DNA from: Octopus vulgaris
Lineage: Eukaryota
Assembly: GCA_951406725.2 (NCBI GenBank)
Contig: OX597820.1
Span: 56,110,001-56,174,000 of the forward strand
Direction of reading: 5' to 3'
Length of the DNA stretch: 64,000 nt
Below are positions 1-13,515 of the stretch, in pieces. The translations under genes were made by a program, and so were the position numbers. A model generated the notes under the pieces. It searched no databases. It saw nothing but the letters and a program-made list of their open reading frames with translations, and was not told the origin of the DNA. Positions within the stretch are counted from its first letter, which is position 1. Each line of letters begins with the position of its first letter.

Positions 1-6
1 AACTGT

Positions 7-300
7 CTAAAAGAAGGTGATATATATACTAAAATGCGACTCTGAAGCAGCGACACACATCTTGTTGGAAAAACCCCTGAAAAATATGGGTTGATATAAA
101 TAATTTGGTGGGTGTTTGCCTGTGTTATTCTGGAAGACAGTGACATCCTCCTCGGCGTGAAAGGAAAGGGTTGGGAGTTTTGGCTTGGGACCACAGAGGA
201 AACCCACCTCTATATCAAAACAAAGGTAATGTAAAAGATCCCAGAGTGTATCTGTCTGCCTCAATACAATGAAGCTGTGTGTTGCAATTGAGGGCTGAAG
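7..300 (-). mobile_element. Degenerate LINE reverse transcriptase fragment
   Basis: LRQTDTLWDLL...HAEEDVTVF loosely resembles the RQGDPLSPLL...ADD RT motifs. Confidence 0.3.
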
Positions 301-884
301 GCCAGGATGTTACTTGTGTGTGGTGAAAGGCCACTGCATTTTTGCCGTAAAAAAAAAACACAGAGAGAAGGCTCCCACTACTGCCAACACTACAGCCCCA
401 ACAACAGTAGCAGCTAAGTGAACAAGAACAACATTAGCAGCACCAACATTAACAACAACAGCAACAGCAAGAACGACGCCACAGCAACTGAGCGAAAACC
501 AACCATACAGGAAAATTACCAACCTAATTCTCTCTCTCCCTCCTCTTTCAAATAAGCACACTCGTGGACACACGGAAACATACTTCTAACCTCACACGCA
601 GGGGATTTTTCTGGCTTTGAAATATCATGTTGCGAGGAGAGACAACAGAGTAATGAAAAAAAAACAAAAAAAGGCAACGGAGGGGCGATTGCATACTTTG
701 CTCGCATATTATTTTCGCGAAAACGTTAAAATACGGGTTGGCAAAGAAACTTGAATGTTATTTTAGAGAGTTTGGAATTAAAATTAAGAAAGAATAACAT
801 AAAATGAAGATTCTTCTCCAATTTTTCACTGAGAAATCATGCATGCTAAAAAAAAACCAAAAAAAAACCAACAATAAAAACATA

Positions 885-1047
885 GGCGTAGGCGTGGCTG
901 TGTGGTAAGAAGCTTGCTTCCCAACCACATGGTTCCGGATTCAGAACCTTGGGTAAGTGACTTCTACTATAACCTCGGGCCGATCAAAGCCTTGTGAGTG
1001 GATTTGGTAGACGGAAACTGAAAGAAGCCCGTCGTATATATACATAC

Positions 1048-1094
<47 letters not shown>

Positions 1095-1300
1095 TACATA
1101 CATATATACGTGCGTATGTTTGTGTGTCCCCCACCATTGCTTGACAACCGCTGTTGGTGTGCTTTCGTCCGTCCCCGTAACTTAGCAGTTCAGTAAAAGA
1201 GACCGATAGAATAAGTACTAAGTTTACAAAGAATAAGTCTTGGGGTCAATTTTTTCGATTAAAGGCGGTGCTCCAGCATGGACGCAGTCAAATGCCTGAA
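885..1300 (+). mobile_element. tRNA-headed SINE (family C here) with internal (TA)n
   Basis: GGCGTAGGCGTGGCTGTGTGGTAAG...GGATTCA head; similar copies at about 57656-58020(+), 26590-26925(-) and 21700-21845(-). Confidence 0.75.
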
Positions 1301-2595
1301 GAATTTAAATAGTTTTACAGTGAAATGCTAAAATACGAGTTGACGGAAAGTTCAGCATACATTTTGCATATGACTAAATAAATGAGTATTCAAATAATAA
1401 TCATAACTATGAATAATCATGACCATGAATAATCATAATTATGAAAAAAAAAAAGTGAACAAAATGAAATCATTATAGAAAATTTTACAACGTCATTCAA
1501 TGATGGCCAGTGAATCAAACGTACTGTGTAGTTCGTTGTAGGATATAAATAGTATGATCACTTGCTTATCGGGAAACTTGTAAGTTCGGTTAAAATTTCT
1601 TTTTTAAAGTATTACCATTAAAGCTATTTATACTCTACTCTTTTACTCGTTTCATGCCATCCAACTGCTTTGAAGGGACCTAGATAGACAGACATTGTTC
1701 AATGTTTTGTTTGGTTTAGACCACTAGATGAACTAGTCTCACCCAGAAATGGGCTGAGAGAAACTACTTCTGAAGGGCAAGCCGAGGTGACGAACGCTTA
1801 CATTACATCCGACATTTATTATCGCTTGACCTCGTTTCATTGCTGACCATAGTGAAGCATTTACTCTTCTGTTTTCTGTGGAGGTGTGTGCTTTTCTGGT
1901 CAGACGGTCTATCTGCTCTCATCAACCGCTGCATGGAGGAATGGGTTTGTGACTGGTGATGCGCAGAGACTACGGCATTGCCAGCGTTACTTTGACGGCA
2001 AGCAGGTGAGATGAGCGTTTGTTAGACGTGCTTTTCCGCAGCTCGTCTTATTGACAGAGCTGCAGTCCTGGATAGATGTAGGCCGAGGCAGGGCTGCTGG
2101 TACCTAGAGTGCTATCAAGTGCTCCCAGCTCTGCCAGTCAGATAACGCAGTCGGTAGATGTTCCACTTTGGCGTTCTATTGAGGATTTTTGGTAGGCAAA
2201 TGTGACAACGTCTTCTGGGAAACTCTGGACGTCGATGAAAATCAATTGGCTGGTTTTTTTCCGGAGGACTTTCAGGCCGGGTCCTATGGATAAGCCTAGC
2301 TTACGGTAAATTTGTGAAAAGCTGGATGTATGAAGCGAGAAATTGAGTGAAAGGAACTCCCCTGAGTATGTGCCGATACGCTGAATTGTAGGAGGAGAGA
2401 AGACCACTTGCCTTGGTACTCTTGGGGAGCAGAGTGACTTGGAATCTATAGGGTTTCTTGGTGGCTTCTGGGTGGCGCTCCTCCATTGAGGAATTCTGTG
2501 TTTTTAATGTTTACATGAATTTATGTGATTCTCCACTGTCCTTTGTCTTTGAATTTTTCCAAATGATTTTTTGCGGACCTTGTGGCCAGTAAAGG

Positions 2596-2669
<74 letters not shown>

Positions 2670-2671
<2 letters not shown>

Positions 2672-3030
2672 TAGTCTTATTTTTATCACGTCCTTTCATT
2701 GCACTACTCTGTGTGCCTTGGGTATGTACTGTGGTTTGTTGTAATGCTCTTATTGTTACTGTATTGAAAGTGTTCTATGCAGGATGTGTGCGGTGCCTAG
2801 TAGTGCTGTTTTCTGTATGTTATAAATATTTGTTAGTCCTGGTGTTTGTGTTATGTATTTGTCTAAATATTTTTTATCATACCTAATGCACCTGTTATGA
2901 TAGTAATTGTTTCTGCTTTTAGACTCCACATCTGTGTTACCTCTATTTCCAGGTCTTTGTATTTTGAAAGTTTCTCCATTTATTTTAGAGAACCGTTGTC
3001 AACTGTTGGTATTGACACATCAATTAGGGA
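2670..3030 (-). mobile_element. R4/Dong-like non-LTR retrotransposon 3' fragment flanked by (TAA)n
   Basis: Minus strand reads IDVSIP...KYKDLEIEV..MWSLKAETITII.GALG...LGTAHIL, similar to 6160-6568; ends in a TAA repeat. Confidence 0.75.
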
Positions 3031-3045
3031 GCAGAGTTACTTGGA

Positions 3046-3115
<70 letters not shown>

Positions 3116-3289
3116 ATTACTTTTTTCTTCTTCTTTCAAATTTTCTTCCATTTCTTGCCGAGTGTCTTCCCGACTCCTAGGGCAAAGAAACTCATAGTGT
3201 ATATTGGTAGGCCATTAAACCAAACTCAGTAGTTCGTTCATTTTTTTTTTTTTTTTAAAGTTAAATTAAAATGCATGAGCAGCAACAGT

Positions 3290-3520
3290 TCTCACATCGA
3301 CAATGCTCTTCTCAATACGTGTGATGTACCAGTTAAGACAATCTTTTGCACTTCTTGCAGGGATGGTAAGCCAGGGATCATTCTCATATAATTTTCGGTT
3401 CCCTTCTTGATCATTCCTAGTGCTCCTACGATCACTGGTATTGTAACCGCCTTGAGATGCAACATTTTCTCAATTTCAATGAGTAGGTCTTTATATTTTC
3501 TATTAGGTCTCTATATTTTC

Positions 3521-3578
<58 letters not shown>

Positions 3579-3930
3579 TACTTTTAATCTGCATATTTCT
3601 TACAATCACTTGCTGAGACACACCCAGTGTTCTAGGACGAGTGAAGGAAAAGAGATGTTTCGGTATGATTGAAAGCTTGGGGAAGGGAAGTTGGTAATGG
3701 CAGTAGCAAACAATCTTCATGTAATACAACATAGACGTTTAAATTGATAGGGTTTTTCTAAGGATGTGGGCAGTACTTGTCAGCACAATCTTTTGTATTT
3801 CTCTGAGACATGGTTCTCCTGGGATATTATCTAGATGTTTCTGACATCCCTCTCTTATCATACCTAGGGCACCCACAATAACAGGAACAGTTCTCGCTTT
3901 AAGATGCCAATCTTTTGTATTTCAATTATA
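3290..3930 (-). mobile_element. Two further R4/Dong-like REL-endonuclease C-terminal fragments
   Basis: KYKDLLIEIEKMLHLKAVTIPVIVGALG and WHLKARTVPVIVGALGM...LTSTAHILRKTL, each next to TAA repeats. Confidence 0.7.
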
Positions 3931-4334
3931 ATTATAATAATTACTATTATTGAGTGAGAGAGCAATGCAAGCCATCAGAGTGATGACCACCAGGCAAAGA
4001 AAAGACCATCAGGCAAACCAGCCTGCCCTTCCTGGCCGCGAAATTTTTTTGCCCCGCGAGAGTTCCGGACCCTAGTAATGAATTCATTTGCATACAGCCA
4101 ATCAGAGCTCACCTTGACCTTGTTGTACATAAACGACTACGCAGAGGTAGAGCCATGTAAATAACGAAGGATCAGATCTATTCAGCTCTCAGATAATGCC
4201 TAGACACAAAGCCCAATATAACACTCGCGAATCTCTTGGTAAAACACACTAAGTAAACCCATGACGAAGAACGGTGTTGTAAGTCGACCGATCACCAAGA
4301 TAATACCTGATTTTAGAAGGAAACAAGTAATTAG

Positions 4335-4992
4335 ACAGGGTGTCATCATACCACTTTTTTCCCCCTTTGTACGGCCACACCTTGAATACTGCTCTCCACT
4401 GTGGTCTCCTCACACAAGACAAAACATCTCCAGAATTGAGTCACCCCAGAGGGCACTCACTAAACAAATTGAAGGCATGGCTGCTCTCGATTATTGGGAT
4501 CGCCTTAAAGCCTTGAAACTTTACTCCCTCCAGCGTCGCCGTGAGCGGTACATCATTTGTACGATGTGGAAAATATACCGCCAACTTTGCCCAAACGACC
4601 TAAACATTAGCTTCAAGGTTCATCCAAGACTTGGACCACGGGCTATACGTCCCCTGCCCAATTCAAGATCACAACATACATGTACACTGCAACATAATTT
4701 CTTTTCCTCAACAGGCCCTGCCCTATTTAACATTGTCCCGAGGGAGATCAAAGAGGAAAATGATCCCATCAACTTTAAACAGAGTCTGGATAGATTCCTT
4801 CAAAGAATACCAGATAAGCCACCCATAATTGGATACAACTCACCCAACAAGAACTCACTACTTGAACAAAACTTGACTTAAACAAAACTTGACTTAAACA
4901 GGATTCGAATAATCCTATCAGGTGGTGCTATTAAGTTAGACATGGCCTGGACCAATCTTTGGTCGAAACATATCTAAGTTTATCTAAGTTTA
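4335..4992 (+). mobile_element. 5'-truncated CR1/L2-group LINE 3' end
   Basis: VRPHLEYCSPLWSPH...IESPQR...YWDRLKALKLYSLQRRRER; stop at 4881; terminal (TATCTAAGTT)2 repeat at 4971-4990. Confidence 0.85.
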
Positions 4993-5239
4993 CCTATTAT
5001 CGGATTTTGTTAAGGTCCCATTCGGTAAAGATGCGGATGAGAAAAGTGTCGGTAGAGGGTGATGTACGAGCAACCCTCTCCCCTTACTGTTTTACAAAGT
5101 AAACAACGACACAAATAATTACGCAGAGGCAGCCATGGTGGAAACACGAACACAAGCATTATCAAAAGAGAAAAGAAGCATGGTCATTCCTTACCCAAGT
5201 GACCTTAGTTTTTTCCTCATCACTTGTCTGCTCATAAAT

Positions 5240-5915
5240 TAGCTTGATAGTTGAGCTCTGACTGGCTGTATGCAAATGAGTTCATAACTAGGGTCCAAAA
5301 CTCTCGTGGGAAAAATTTCACTTCCCGGCCTAATGAAGGCGGCAGGACTATCCTCACAATGGATTCAGACGATAGCTGGATTCGACAGCGGATGTTCGAC
5401 ATAAACCCACAACTTAGAAACATTCGGGCACTGGAAGAGAGCGTGCAGAACGGTGTCGTCGCTCTGCGCGTACCTCGGACAAGCCCGGCTGACTTCACTT
5501 CAGTGTCCGTAGAGTTTATCTTGAACAGGTAGTGCCCCCCCCCCCTGTAGCACTGCCAGGTCAAGGATAGTTCTCCGGAACAGACTAGCCAACTCGTTCT
5601 TGTCGACGACCAGAGACTCCCCGAGAACGTCGTCGCACTCACCCACTATTAACCCTCTATAGAACGCCATAGTAGAATTTCCCCCTACCGCATTGCCCGA
5701 CAAGTGTAAGCGTCTGACGACACTCTAGGTGCCAGGCGTCCTTCCTTGGTCTACGCTTGATCCAGGACTGCAGCTCAGTCAAAGAGACAAACTGCGGGTA
5801 ATCGCAGCTGACAAACGACGACCACACTTGCTCACTGTCTAGGAAGCGCTGGAGATGCTGCAGCCTCGACGCATGTCTGCGCATCAATAGCTACGGCATG
5901 TCCAGCCCTCCATTT
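5240..5915 (-). mobile_element. L1/Tx1-like LINE 3' fragment (zf-RVT Cys/His region), frameshifted
   Basis: Pieces read WQCYRG.ALPVQDKL...ACPRYAQSDDTVLHALFQCP..SKLW, a CCHC-type motif. Confidence 0.6.
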
Positions 5916-6159
5916 AGCGGGTGTTGGCTATTATTATTATTATTATTCTATGTTTGAGTTTTGCTTTATATTTGTACAAGTTGGCTCCAAGTCTCACCCA
6001 GAGACCTCAAGAGATAACAGGTTGGAAGTTCATGTTGTTGTTATGCCTAGTGTGCCATATATTGGGGGGGGGGAGTTTTTGGTGTTGTACTAATGAATGT
6101 CTAAAAAAAAAATTTTTTTTTTTTAAAACCGAAAATTATGTTTGTTTTAAACCTTGAGA

Positions 6160-6566
6160 TTACATAGAAAGTATTTTGCGTAGGATATGAGCAGTTCCCA
6201 TGAGCACTATCTTTTGAATTTCTGCCATTTTTGGGTTTCCTGGTATCTGAGTTAGGTAGCTATCAGCCCCTTTTGCTATCATTCCCAGGGCACCTATGAC
6301 AACAGGTATTGTTTTAGTCTTCAGGTTCCACATTTTGCTGATTTCTATTTCAAGATCTTTATATTTGCTCAGTTTTTGGTAGGTCTTGACAGATACGTTT
6401 ATATCGATTGGGATAGTCATATCAATGAGGAGGCATGTTCTTTGTTTGAAGTCTTTCAATATGATGTCTGGCCTATTTGCATCTATCTTTCTGTCAGTTT
6501 GAATGGTGAAGTTCCAGAGGAGTGAGATGTGGTCATTTTCAAGCACTGGGGGTGGTTTGTGTTCCC

Positions 6567-6568
<2 letters not shown>
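6160..6568 (-). mobile_element. R4/Dong-like retrotransposon restriction-like endonuclease fragment
   Basis: LWNFTIQTDRKIDANRPDIILKD..CLLIDMTIP...KLSKYKDL (PD-D-K REL motif); 5'-truncated at (TAA)n; its 3' UTR probably extends to about 5930. Confidence 0.88.
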
Positions 6569-6621
<53 letters not shown>

Positions 6622-6675
6622 TCCTTCTTTCTTCAAATTTTCTTCCGTTTCTCGCCGCCGCCGCCGCCACCGCCG

Positions 6676-6728
<53 letters not shown>

Positions 6729-6748
6729 GCTGCTGCTGCTGCTGCTGC

Positions 6749-6788
<40 letters not shown>

Positions 6789-6801
6789 ATTATTGTTGTT
6801 A

Positions 6802-6857
<56 letters not shown>

Positions 6858-6858
6858 T
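6568..6858. repeat. Compound trinucleotide microsatellite (ATT)n-(CCG)n-(GTT)n-(GCT)n-(GTT)n-(ATT)n
   Basis: Directly visible; accounts for the poly-amino-acid ORFs here. Confidence 0.95.
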
Positions 6859-7444
6859 ATGCGTCCAACAGGTTTATACAAATTCGTACTCTATCAGCAA
6901 GCACACACCTCCGTGCTCCTGGCGTGTATGCAGCATTCATTTTCCGAGGTGTAAACCTGTGTTAGTATACTCGGTCATATTTGCGCTGTTATGTGTTGAC
7001 TTGTTCTACTTGTTATTTTAGTGTTTCTTCTGTTACGTGGGTGATTTGTGTGAGTTCTTGGTGCTATAGTGTCAGGCATTGGTTGAGCAGAAGTGTGTGT
7101 TGTGTTATTTTATTAGGTGTTGTTCGTGTGGAGTATGTTGTTTCAACTGTTATTTTATTGGGTGGTTAACGCATGGGGTGTGTTGCACGCAGTCAGTGTA
7201 CTGTTGTGCTATTTGAATTTAGTTGAAGGCGCCTGGCTCTTCTGTTATATTTTTCCAAAATTTCCACCTACACTTCGTGTGTTATATTTTCTCATTTTTA
7301 TCAACTATAAGGTAACTGTATGGGTGGTTCTGGACTAATTCTTTGATTTCGATGGCTATGTCTAATTTAATATCCCTAGTTTCAGTTACTTTCCTCTACC
7401 TCTTCTTTCAGTAGTTTTAAAACGATAAACGTCTCCCTTTTCAA

Positions 7445-7741
7445 GCCTAGCCAGGCTCATGGGCCCGATTTCCTGGTTTGTGTGGCGTGTGTGTTCCCTC
7501 CAGTTGGACGGGACGCCAGTCCATCGCAGCGTTACTCAAGAAACAGGAAGCGAGAGTGAGAGAAAGTTGTGGCGAAAGAGTACAACAGGGGTCGCCACCG
7601 CCCCCCCCCCCCCTGCCGGAGCATCGTGGAGCTTTTAGGTGTTTTCGCTCAATAAACACACACAACGCCCGGTCTGGGAATCGAAACCACGATCCTCCGA
7701 CCGCGAGTCCGCTGCCTTAACCACTGGGCCATTGCGCCTCC
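7445..7741 (-). mobile_element. tRNA-headed SINE (family B here)
   Basis: Minus strand GGAGGCGCAATGGCCCAGTGGTTAAGG...GTTTCGATTCC (A/B boxes); similar to 10250-10595(+) and 32100-32402(-). Confidence 0.85.
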
Positions 7742-8059
7742 ACTTCAGTAGTTTTTTGCATATTTTTTAAAATCCCTGACTCATTTTTATATCCTGGTTG
7801 AATATACGAACAATTTTTAATAGTTTTTTTTTCTTTTTTGACTGCAATATTATCCCTCTTAATTATTAAGTCATCCCTGTAAGTTTTATTTGTCCGTAGC
7901 ATCTGTACATTTGGGTCGTTTCATTCAATAGATTTTTTTGTCAAGTCAGGACTCAGTAAAAGATTAGAGAGGATCATGAGTCTTCTTTTTAAATGACTCC
8001 TTTTTTAACGAATCTTTCTTAATGTATCTTTTTAATGCCTACTTTTTTTTTTACTGATG

Positions 8060-8620
8060 TAGGACTATTTTGATAATTTTCTCCTGGCTGGCTTTGTAAT
8101 GATATTTTTGTAATGATACTGTTTCAAATTTTGACATGTTGGGGCTACTTTATTTATGTAGAGGGTTTCCGTTACATAAGATTGTACGATGTTAACAAAT
8201 GTCTCCCGGTAGTCAATCGAAGCCATACTTTGTTTTTTACTACCCATTTTCCTATCTTCCATTATCGCTCGGTTCACTTGTAGCTGCTTTTTATGGTTAT
8301 ACATTCACTTCCGACACCGTTTCTCCTCCTCTGGAAATGAAGTACAAGAAGACCATAAATTACCTACGCATTACGTAAGTTTCAAAGTTAATTTACGAAC
8401 ACCCTGTATTGCTCTCAAAATGTGAAACCATCTTGTTGTACACAACAGACTTAACGATTTTTATAGGTCTTTAGCTTTCTGGGTCTCTGGTATCATTATC
8501 ACCCGACACCTAATCGGATGTTGATTCTGCTTAACACTATTGAATGCTGCTGCCATATACTCATGAATATTAGTCAGACGTTTGTTAATTCCAGGAACTT
8601 ACCAATTACTTCAGTTCTGT
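8060..8620 (-). mobile_element. Degenerate R4/Dong-like RT fragment
   Basis: LKTYKNR..VVYNKMVSH and QLQVNRAI...ASIDYRETF loosely resemble RT motifs; lies in the same cluster as the REL fragments. Confidence 0.45.
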
Positions 8621-9476
8621 ACATATTTATGAGTTCCTTACTTTGGTGGTTAATACTTGTGGTGCTATTCTGTATTTTTCTTTTCATTTTTCTCTTTTAA
8701 ACCGATTTTCATTTTTGATTCTATTGATTGTCTTTGCCTCATATTTTTTTTTCTCAGTGGGCATGAATTTTCGTTGTTATCGTCGTCTTCTAGTATTAGA
8801 AGACAATTGAACTCGCCAGTGCAAAGTCCACAGACGTGATCGAATTAACAGATTGGTCTATTAAGCAATATGCCAACACTTCCACATAAAACAAATAAAA
8901 AGTAAAATAACTCTTTTTTTTTTTAGAACGGTGAAATTTGAAGCAGATAAAGCTATCAATAATACCGTGTGAATATTGTATTTAAAATCTTTTGAATAGA
9001 AAAAGTCGAAGGCTAACCGTGGAACTCAAACCCACAACTTCTGTAAACTTCTATCTCTGGATCAAAGCAACAACAAACAATTCTCGCTGGCAAAATTTCT
9101 TTCTGCTATAGGCACAAGGCCTAAAATTTGAGGGAGGGGGACAGTCGATTACATCGTCACCAGTACTCAGCTGGTACTTATTTTATTGACTCCGAAAGGA
9201 TGAAAGGCAAAGTCGACCTCAGCGGAATTTGAACTGAGAAAGTGAAGACAGACGAGAAATACCCGGCGTGCTAACGATTCTGCCAGCTCACTGCCTTTCT
9301 TGCTGGTAAGAATAAAGTTTCTAAAATGGATAAGGAAATTCGAAGGGATGCTTTGGTCCAATGTGAGAATGTTTGTCATGTTTGCAGGAGACGTGGGTTC
9401 ATGAGCAACTTTCAGATTTTTCTATCCAGAGGAATTTTTAACCTAATATTTACGCTATTATTTATAACTTTATAAA

Positions 9477-9875
9477 GGCGGCGAGCTGGCAGAAACGTTA
9501 GCGCGCCGGACGAAATACTTTGCGGTATTTCGTCCGTCGCTACGTTTTGAGTTCAAATTCCGCCGAGGTCAACTTTGCCTTTCATCCTTTCGGGGTCGAT
9601 TAAATAAGTACCAGTTACACATTAGGATCGATATAATCGACTTAATCCGTTTGTCTGTCCTTGTTTGTCCCCTCTGTGTGTAGCCCCTTGTGGGCAGTAA
9701 AGAAATAGGTATTTCGCACGTCGCTACGTTCTGAGTTTAAATTCCGCCGAAGTCGACTTTGCTTTTCATCCTTTCAGGGTCGATAAATTAAGTACCAGGG
9801 AAACACTGGGGTCGATGTAATCGACTCATCCCCTCTCTCAAAATTGCTGCCCTTGTGGCAAAATTGGAAACTATT
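9477..9875 (+). mobile_element. tRNA-headed SINE (family A here), two-unit copy
   Basis: GGCGGCGAGCTGGCAGAAACGTTAG...GAGTTCAAATTCC, body repeated twice; further copies at about 9100-9296(-), 22720-23040(-), 24180-24392(-), 30560-30754(-), 34087-34260(+), 52225-52425(-) and 61126-61330(+). Confidence 0.88.
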
Positions 9876-10249
9876 ATTTATAGCTTTATCTGCCTGGATA
9901 AATACCACAGTTCAAAAAATAAATTATTTCTCGTTTCTAAATTTTTATGACGTCAAAAATATAAAAGGTAGTATACACATGTACCAGACATTGTATGACA
10001 AAAACTAGACGAAGTAAAGACCAATCTGGAAACAAAATCTATCTTCTAGATGAAGTTTATTTAAACGCTAGAAAGATAACTTGCCAGTTAAGGATTAGGA
10101 CAACCCTTTCATTAATACGAAAGAGTTCATAGAAAAGCCTAATAGGTGTGATCTTTTGTTAACTGTTCAGTGGACTTATAATTGCCGACACAAATCACCA
10201 CCAATCTCTCTGTAATATAGTTTGGGTTTACAGGTACATGTAGAAATGT

Positions 10250-10595
10250 GGAGGCGCAATGGCTCAGTGGTTAGGGTAGCGGACTCGCGATCGTAGTGTC
10301 ACCGTTTCGATTCCCAGACCGGGCGTTGTGAATGTTTATTGAGCGAAAACACCTAAAGCTCCACGAGGCTCCGGTAGGGGGTGGTGGCGAACCCTGTTGT
10401 ACTCTTTCACAACTTTCTCTCACTCTATGTTTCTGTTGTACCTGTATTTCAAAAGGCCAGCCTTGTCACACTCTGTGTCACGCTGAATCTTCCTGAGAAC
10501 TACGTTAAGGGTACTCGTGTGTGTGGAGTGCTCAGCCACTAGCACGTTAATTTCACGAGCAGGCTGTTCCGTTGATCGGGTCAACTGGAACCGAA
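10250..10595 (+). mobile_element. tRNA-headed SINE (family B)
   Basis: TGGCTCAGTGGTTAG A box and GTTTCGATTCC B box; related diverged copies at 12865, 23265, 32437 and 50112. Confidence 0.85.
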
Positions 10596-11233
10596 GTGCC
10601 ACTACAGGTAGAAATACTGAGAACATTGGGAGTGGAGATCCACAAAATAACAATCAGAATCTGATAGAAAATTTTCAAACGTTAGTTTGATAGACACGTC
10701 GAGCCTTCAAAGTGATTACTTCTAATTTTAGTTGGTTATTTACTCCGAGTGGAAATTAGTTCTTTAGTGTCTTTCCACTCTATCCATATCTTAACCTCGG
10801 TCTTTACAAATACTTGGCTGCATTTGATAGAAATTGCGCTCATTCTCACAATTACGAAGACAAAAGCGAAAACAAATCAAAGCAATAAAAAATTACTAGA
10901 CTGATTTTTATGTTAAATTTGAAATGTATTTTTTATTTTATTTTATTGTATAATTCTTTATTTACATCAACAAATTTCTAGTTCAGTTTTCACCCTTACA
11001 TGCACAGATATACAACTAATACATACACATACACTAACATCCACATACACTCATACGTTCTATACAAATGTAACTGAGTGCATGCAATAGCATTTATTTA
11101 CATCATATACATAACATCAAGTTATGACAGTTGGTCCCTGTAACCACCCACGTTTATATACACTCATCTATAGATGACCGGTACTTCTGCATACAAAAAT
11201 TATACGCATATTTTCAGACATGATATATAAGTG

Positions 11234-12023
11234 TTGGGTCATCCCATAAATAATGTGGGTTTTTTTAGTACTTCTTTTATATTTCAAAATTAAGATAAAC
11301 AAAGTTCTTTTTTAATCTAAAATATACTCTCCTTCATTTTCTACAATGCTCTTCTATCTATCTGGTAGACTTGCAAGGCCCCTCTTCCAAAGTTCATTTG
11401 TTCGTGAGGAAAAAATACTCCTCCAGTACTGTTCTGACCTCGTCTACGGAATTCATATTTTCCCGTCCAAATGATTTTGAAGACTGCAGAATAAATGATA
11501 ATCACATGGGGCAGTGTCCGGCGAAGATGGAAATCGTTTCTCATTCAAACTGCTCCAGCCTTTGGAATGTCATTCTCGCTGTATGTGGCCGAGCATTATC
11601 CTGATGGAAGAACACCAGTTACGATGGTATTTTGTTCCACCAGGATTTTCAGGACGTCCTTGTCGAGCTCTACAGATCTTCCAAGGCGAGGCTCATCTTC
11701 TAGGCTGTAGTTTCTGGCTTACACTTATTGTCCGAACCCATATACTGCAATAATATTCCTCGCACTTTCCGCTGCGTTGTTGCTTTCATTGAACTCATAA
11801 AGCAAAATATGCCGAATATGCTCCTTTGTAACTTCCATTACAGCTTTGAAAAAATAACTGTTAAAATCGAACTGCACTCTTTAAACTTGCACTAAGAATA
11901 AGGAGAAGGTAAAATTACTACCTGCTTTTATAGCATGTTGATGCAGATAGTTTATCTCGTCCCCTTCTGACTTTTAGTTCATGCAATTGAAAAAAAAATC
12001 ACATTATTTATGGGATGACCCAA
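11234..12023 (-). mobile_element. Internally deleted mariner transposon
   Basis: TIRs TTGGGTCATCCCATAAATAATG / CATTATTTATGGGATGACCCAA with TA on the right; broken transposase MEVTKEHIRHILLYEF...LEDEPR.GR...FHQDNARPHT. Confidence 0.92.
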
Positions 12024-12175
12024 TATCTTTATGACAACATATAGAGAGAGAGAGATAACATGCAGGAAAGATTACATGCAACCGTTGCACCAACTGAATT
12101 TTTATGCTTTGCTGCATCAACAGAAGTGTTTTTACAATATCTTCTTCACACAGAAAAACAGAGTAAACAAAAACG

Positions 12176-12714
12176 TCACAGAGCATTTTGAAGACTGGTG
12201 TTGGAAGCTGCATTTGTAATTGGATGTGTCTCTTCTTCATTTTCGGCCTCGGCTCGCTTTTTGTCCTGGTTCCACGCCCATAACCAAACGATGAAGAATA
12301 TCACACAAACTCCCAACAACAAAGCCACTGTAATGCCAATTGCTAGAGGTGTGTAATTTTCTTTAGCTTTCTCTTTAAAAGAATCCTTTTGAGAAGGTGC
12401 TGAATTAATTTCGCCAATTGTGTTGCTAGAACCGTGTCCATTGCTAGTTACACTTGCTATCGTTTTTATTTCAATGGACATTTTCGCCTCACTAGATGCT
12501 GTTACTCCATCTGTTGCCTTTGAAACAGGTTCTTTTAATTTTGAGATAAATTCTGATCTACCAGAATTATTTTCTACATCTGACGTAGTAAGCTTGTCTG
12601 GAGAAAAGGATGAAGATGGACGGATAACGGAAGTAGTTGCGGAATATGAGGCACTTGTAGATGTTGAAATTTTTTGAGTTTTAGTTGAACTTGGAATCCA
12701 TTCCTTTGAAGTAT
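12176..12714 (-). CDS. Last coding exon: Ser/Thr-rich stalk, transmembrane helix, 31-aa cytoplasmic tail, stop
   Basis: ttattttttag| DTSKEWIPSSTKTQKISTSTSASYSATTSV... LAIGITVALLLGVCVIFFIVWLWAW NQDKKR...QNAL TGA; 539 nt, phase-1 entry matches the upstream exon. Confidence 0.88.
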
Positions 12715-13128
12715 CTAAAAAATAAGAAGTAGGAAAGAATTGACATTTGTATTACCATAATATATATACACAGATGTATGTACTTACGTACGCACACCCA
12801 CACACGTACACATACGTGCACGCGCGCGCACACACACATACACACACACATAAACAAGTGTAAGCGGATGGCTTAGTGGTTAGAGTGTTGGACTCATGAT
12901 CTTAAGATTGCTGTTTCGACTCCTGGACCGGTCAATGCGTTGTGTTCATGAGGAAAGCTCTTCATTTCACGTTGCTATAGTCCACTCAGCCGGCAAACAT
13001 GAGTTTGTCAAACATGACAGACCAGCGTCCCGTCCAGAGGGGAATATATGCGTCACGGAAACAGGGAAACTAACCCTATGAGTCGATATGAGTCAGGAAG
13101 GATCTTTACCCCTTTTTATAGACAAACA

Positions 13129-13171
<43 letters not shown>

Positions 13172-13462
13172 GTATATATATGTATATAAACACACACACA
13201 CATACACATATTTATTTAAATTTAAATTTAAAATGAGGGTGAAAAATTGGATATTAATTTGATTAACACCAATTTAAAACCAGTGGTCTAGCATATTCAA
13301 ATTTAAAGGTTCAGAAAATTGTATTACATACATATGAGAGGGATGACCACTATGTGGACAACCCTTATGCTAGAAGTAGATCCCTCATATTTATTTATAT
13401 ATATTTTTATACATAGATATATATAGAAATGTACATATATATCTATATCTTTATATACATAC

Positions 13463-13515
<53 letters not shown>

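Noticed and set aside
1930-2486. GC-richer segment with short minus-strand ORFs, possibly a LINE remnant
   Set aside because: No motif I could assign with confidence.
12420-12677. 85-aa plus-strand ORF with a hydrophobic N-terminus
   Set aside because: Antisense shadow of the receptor's last exon.
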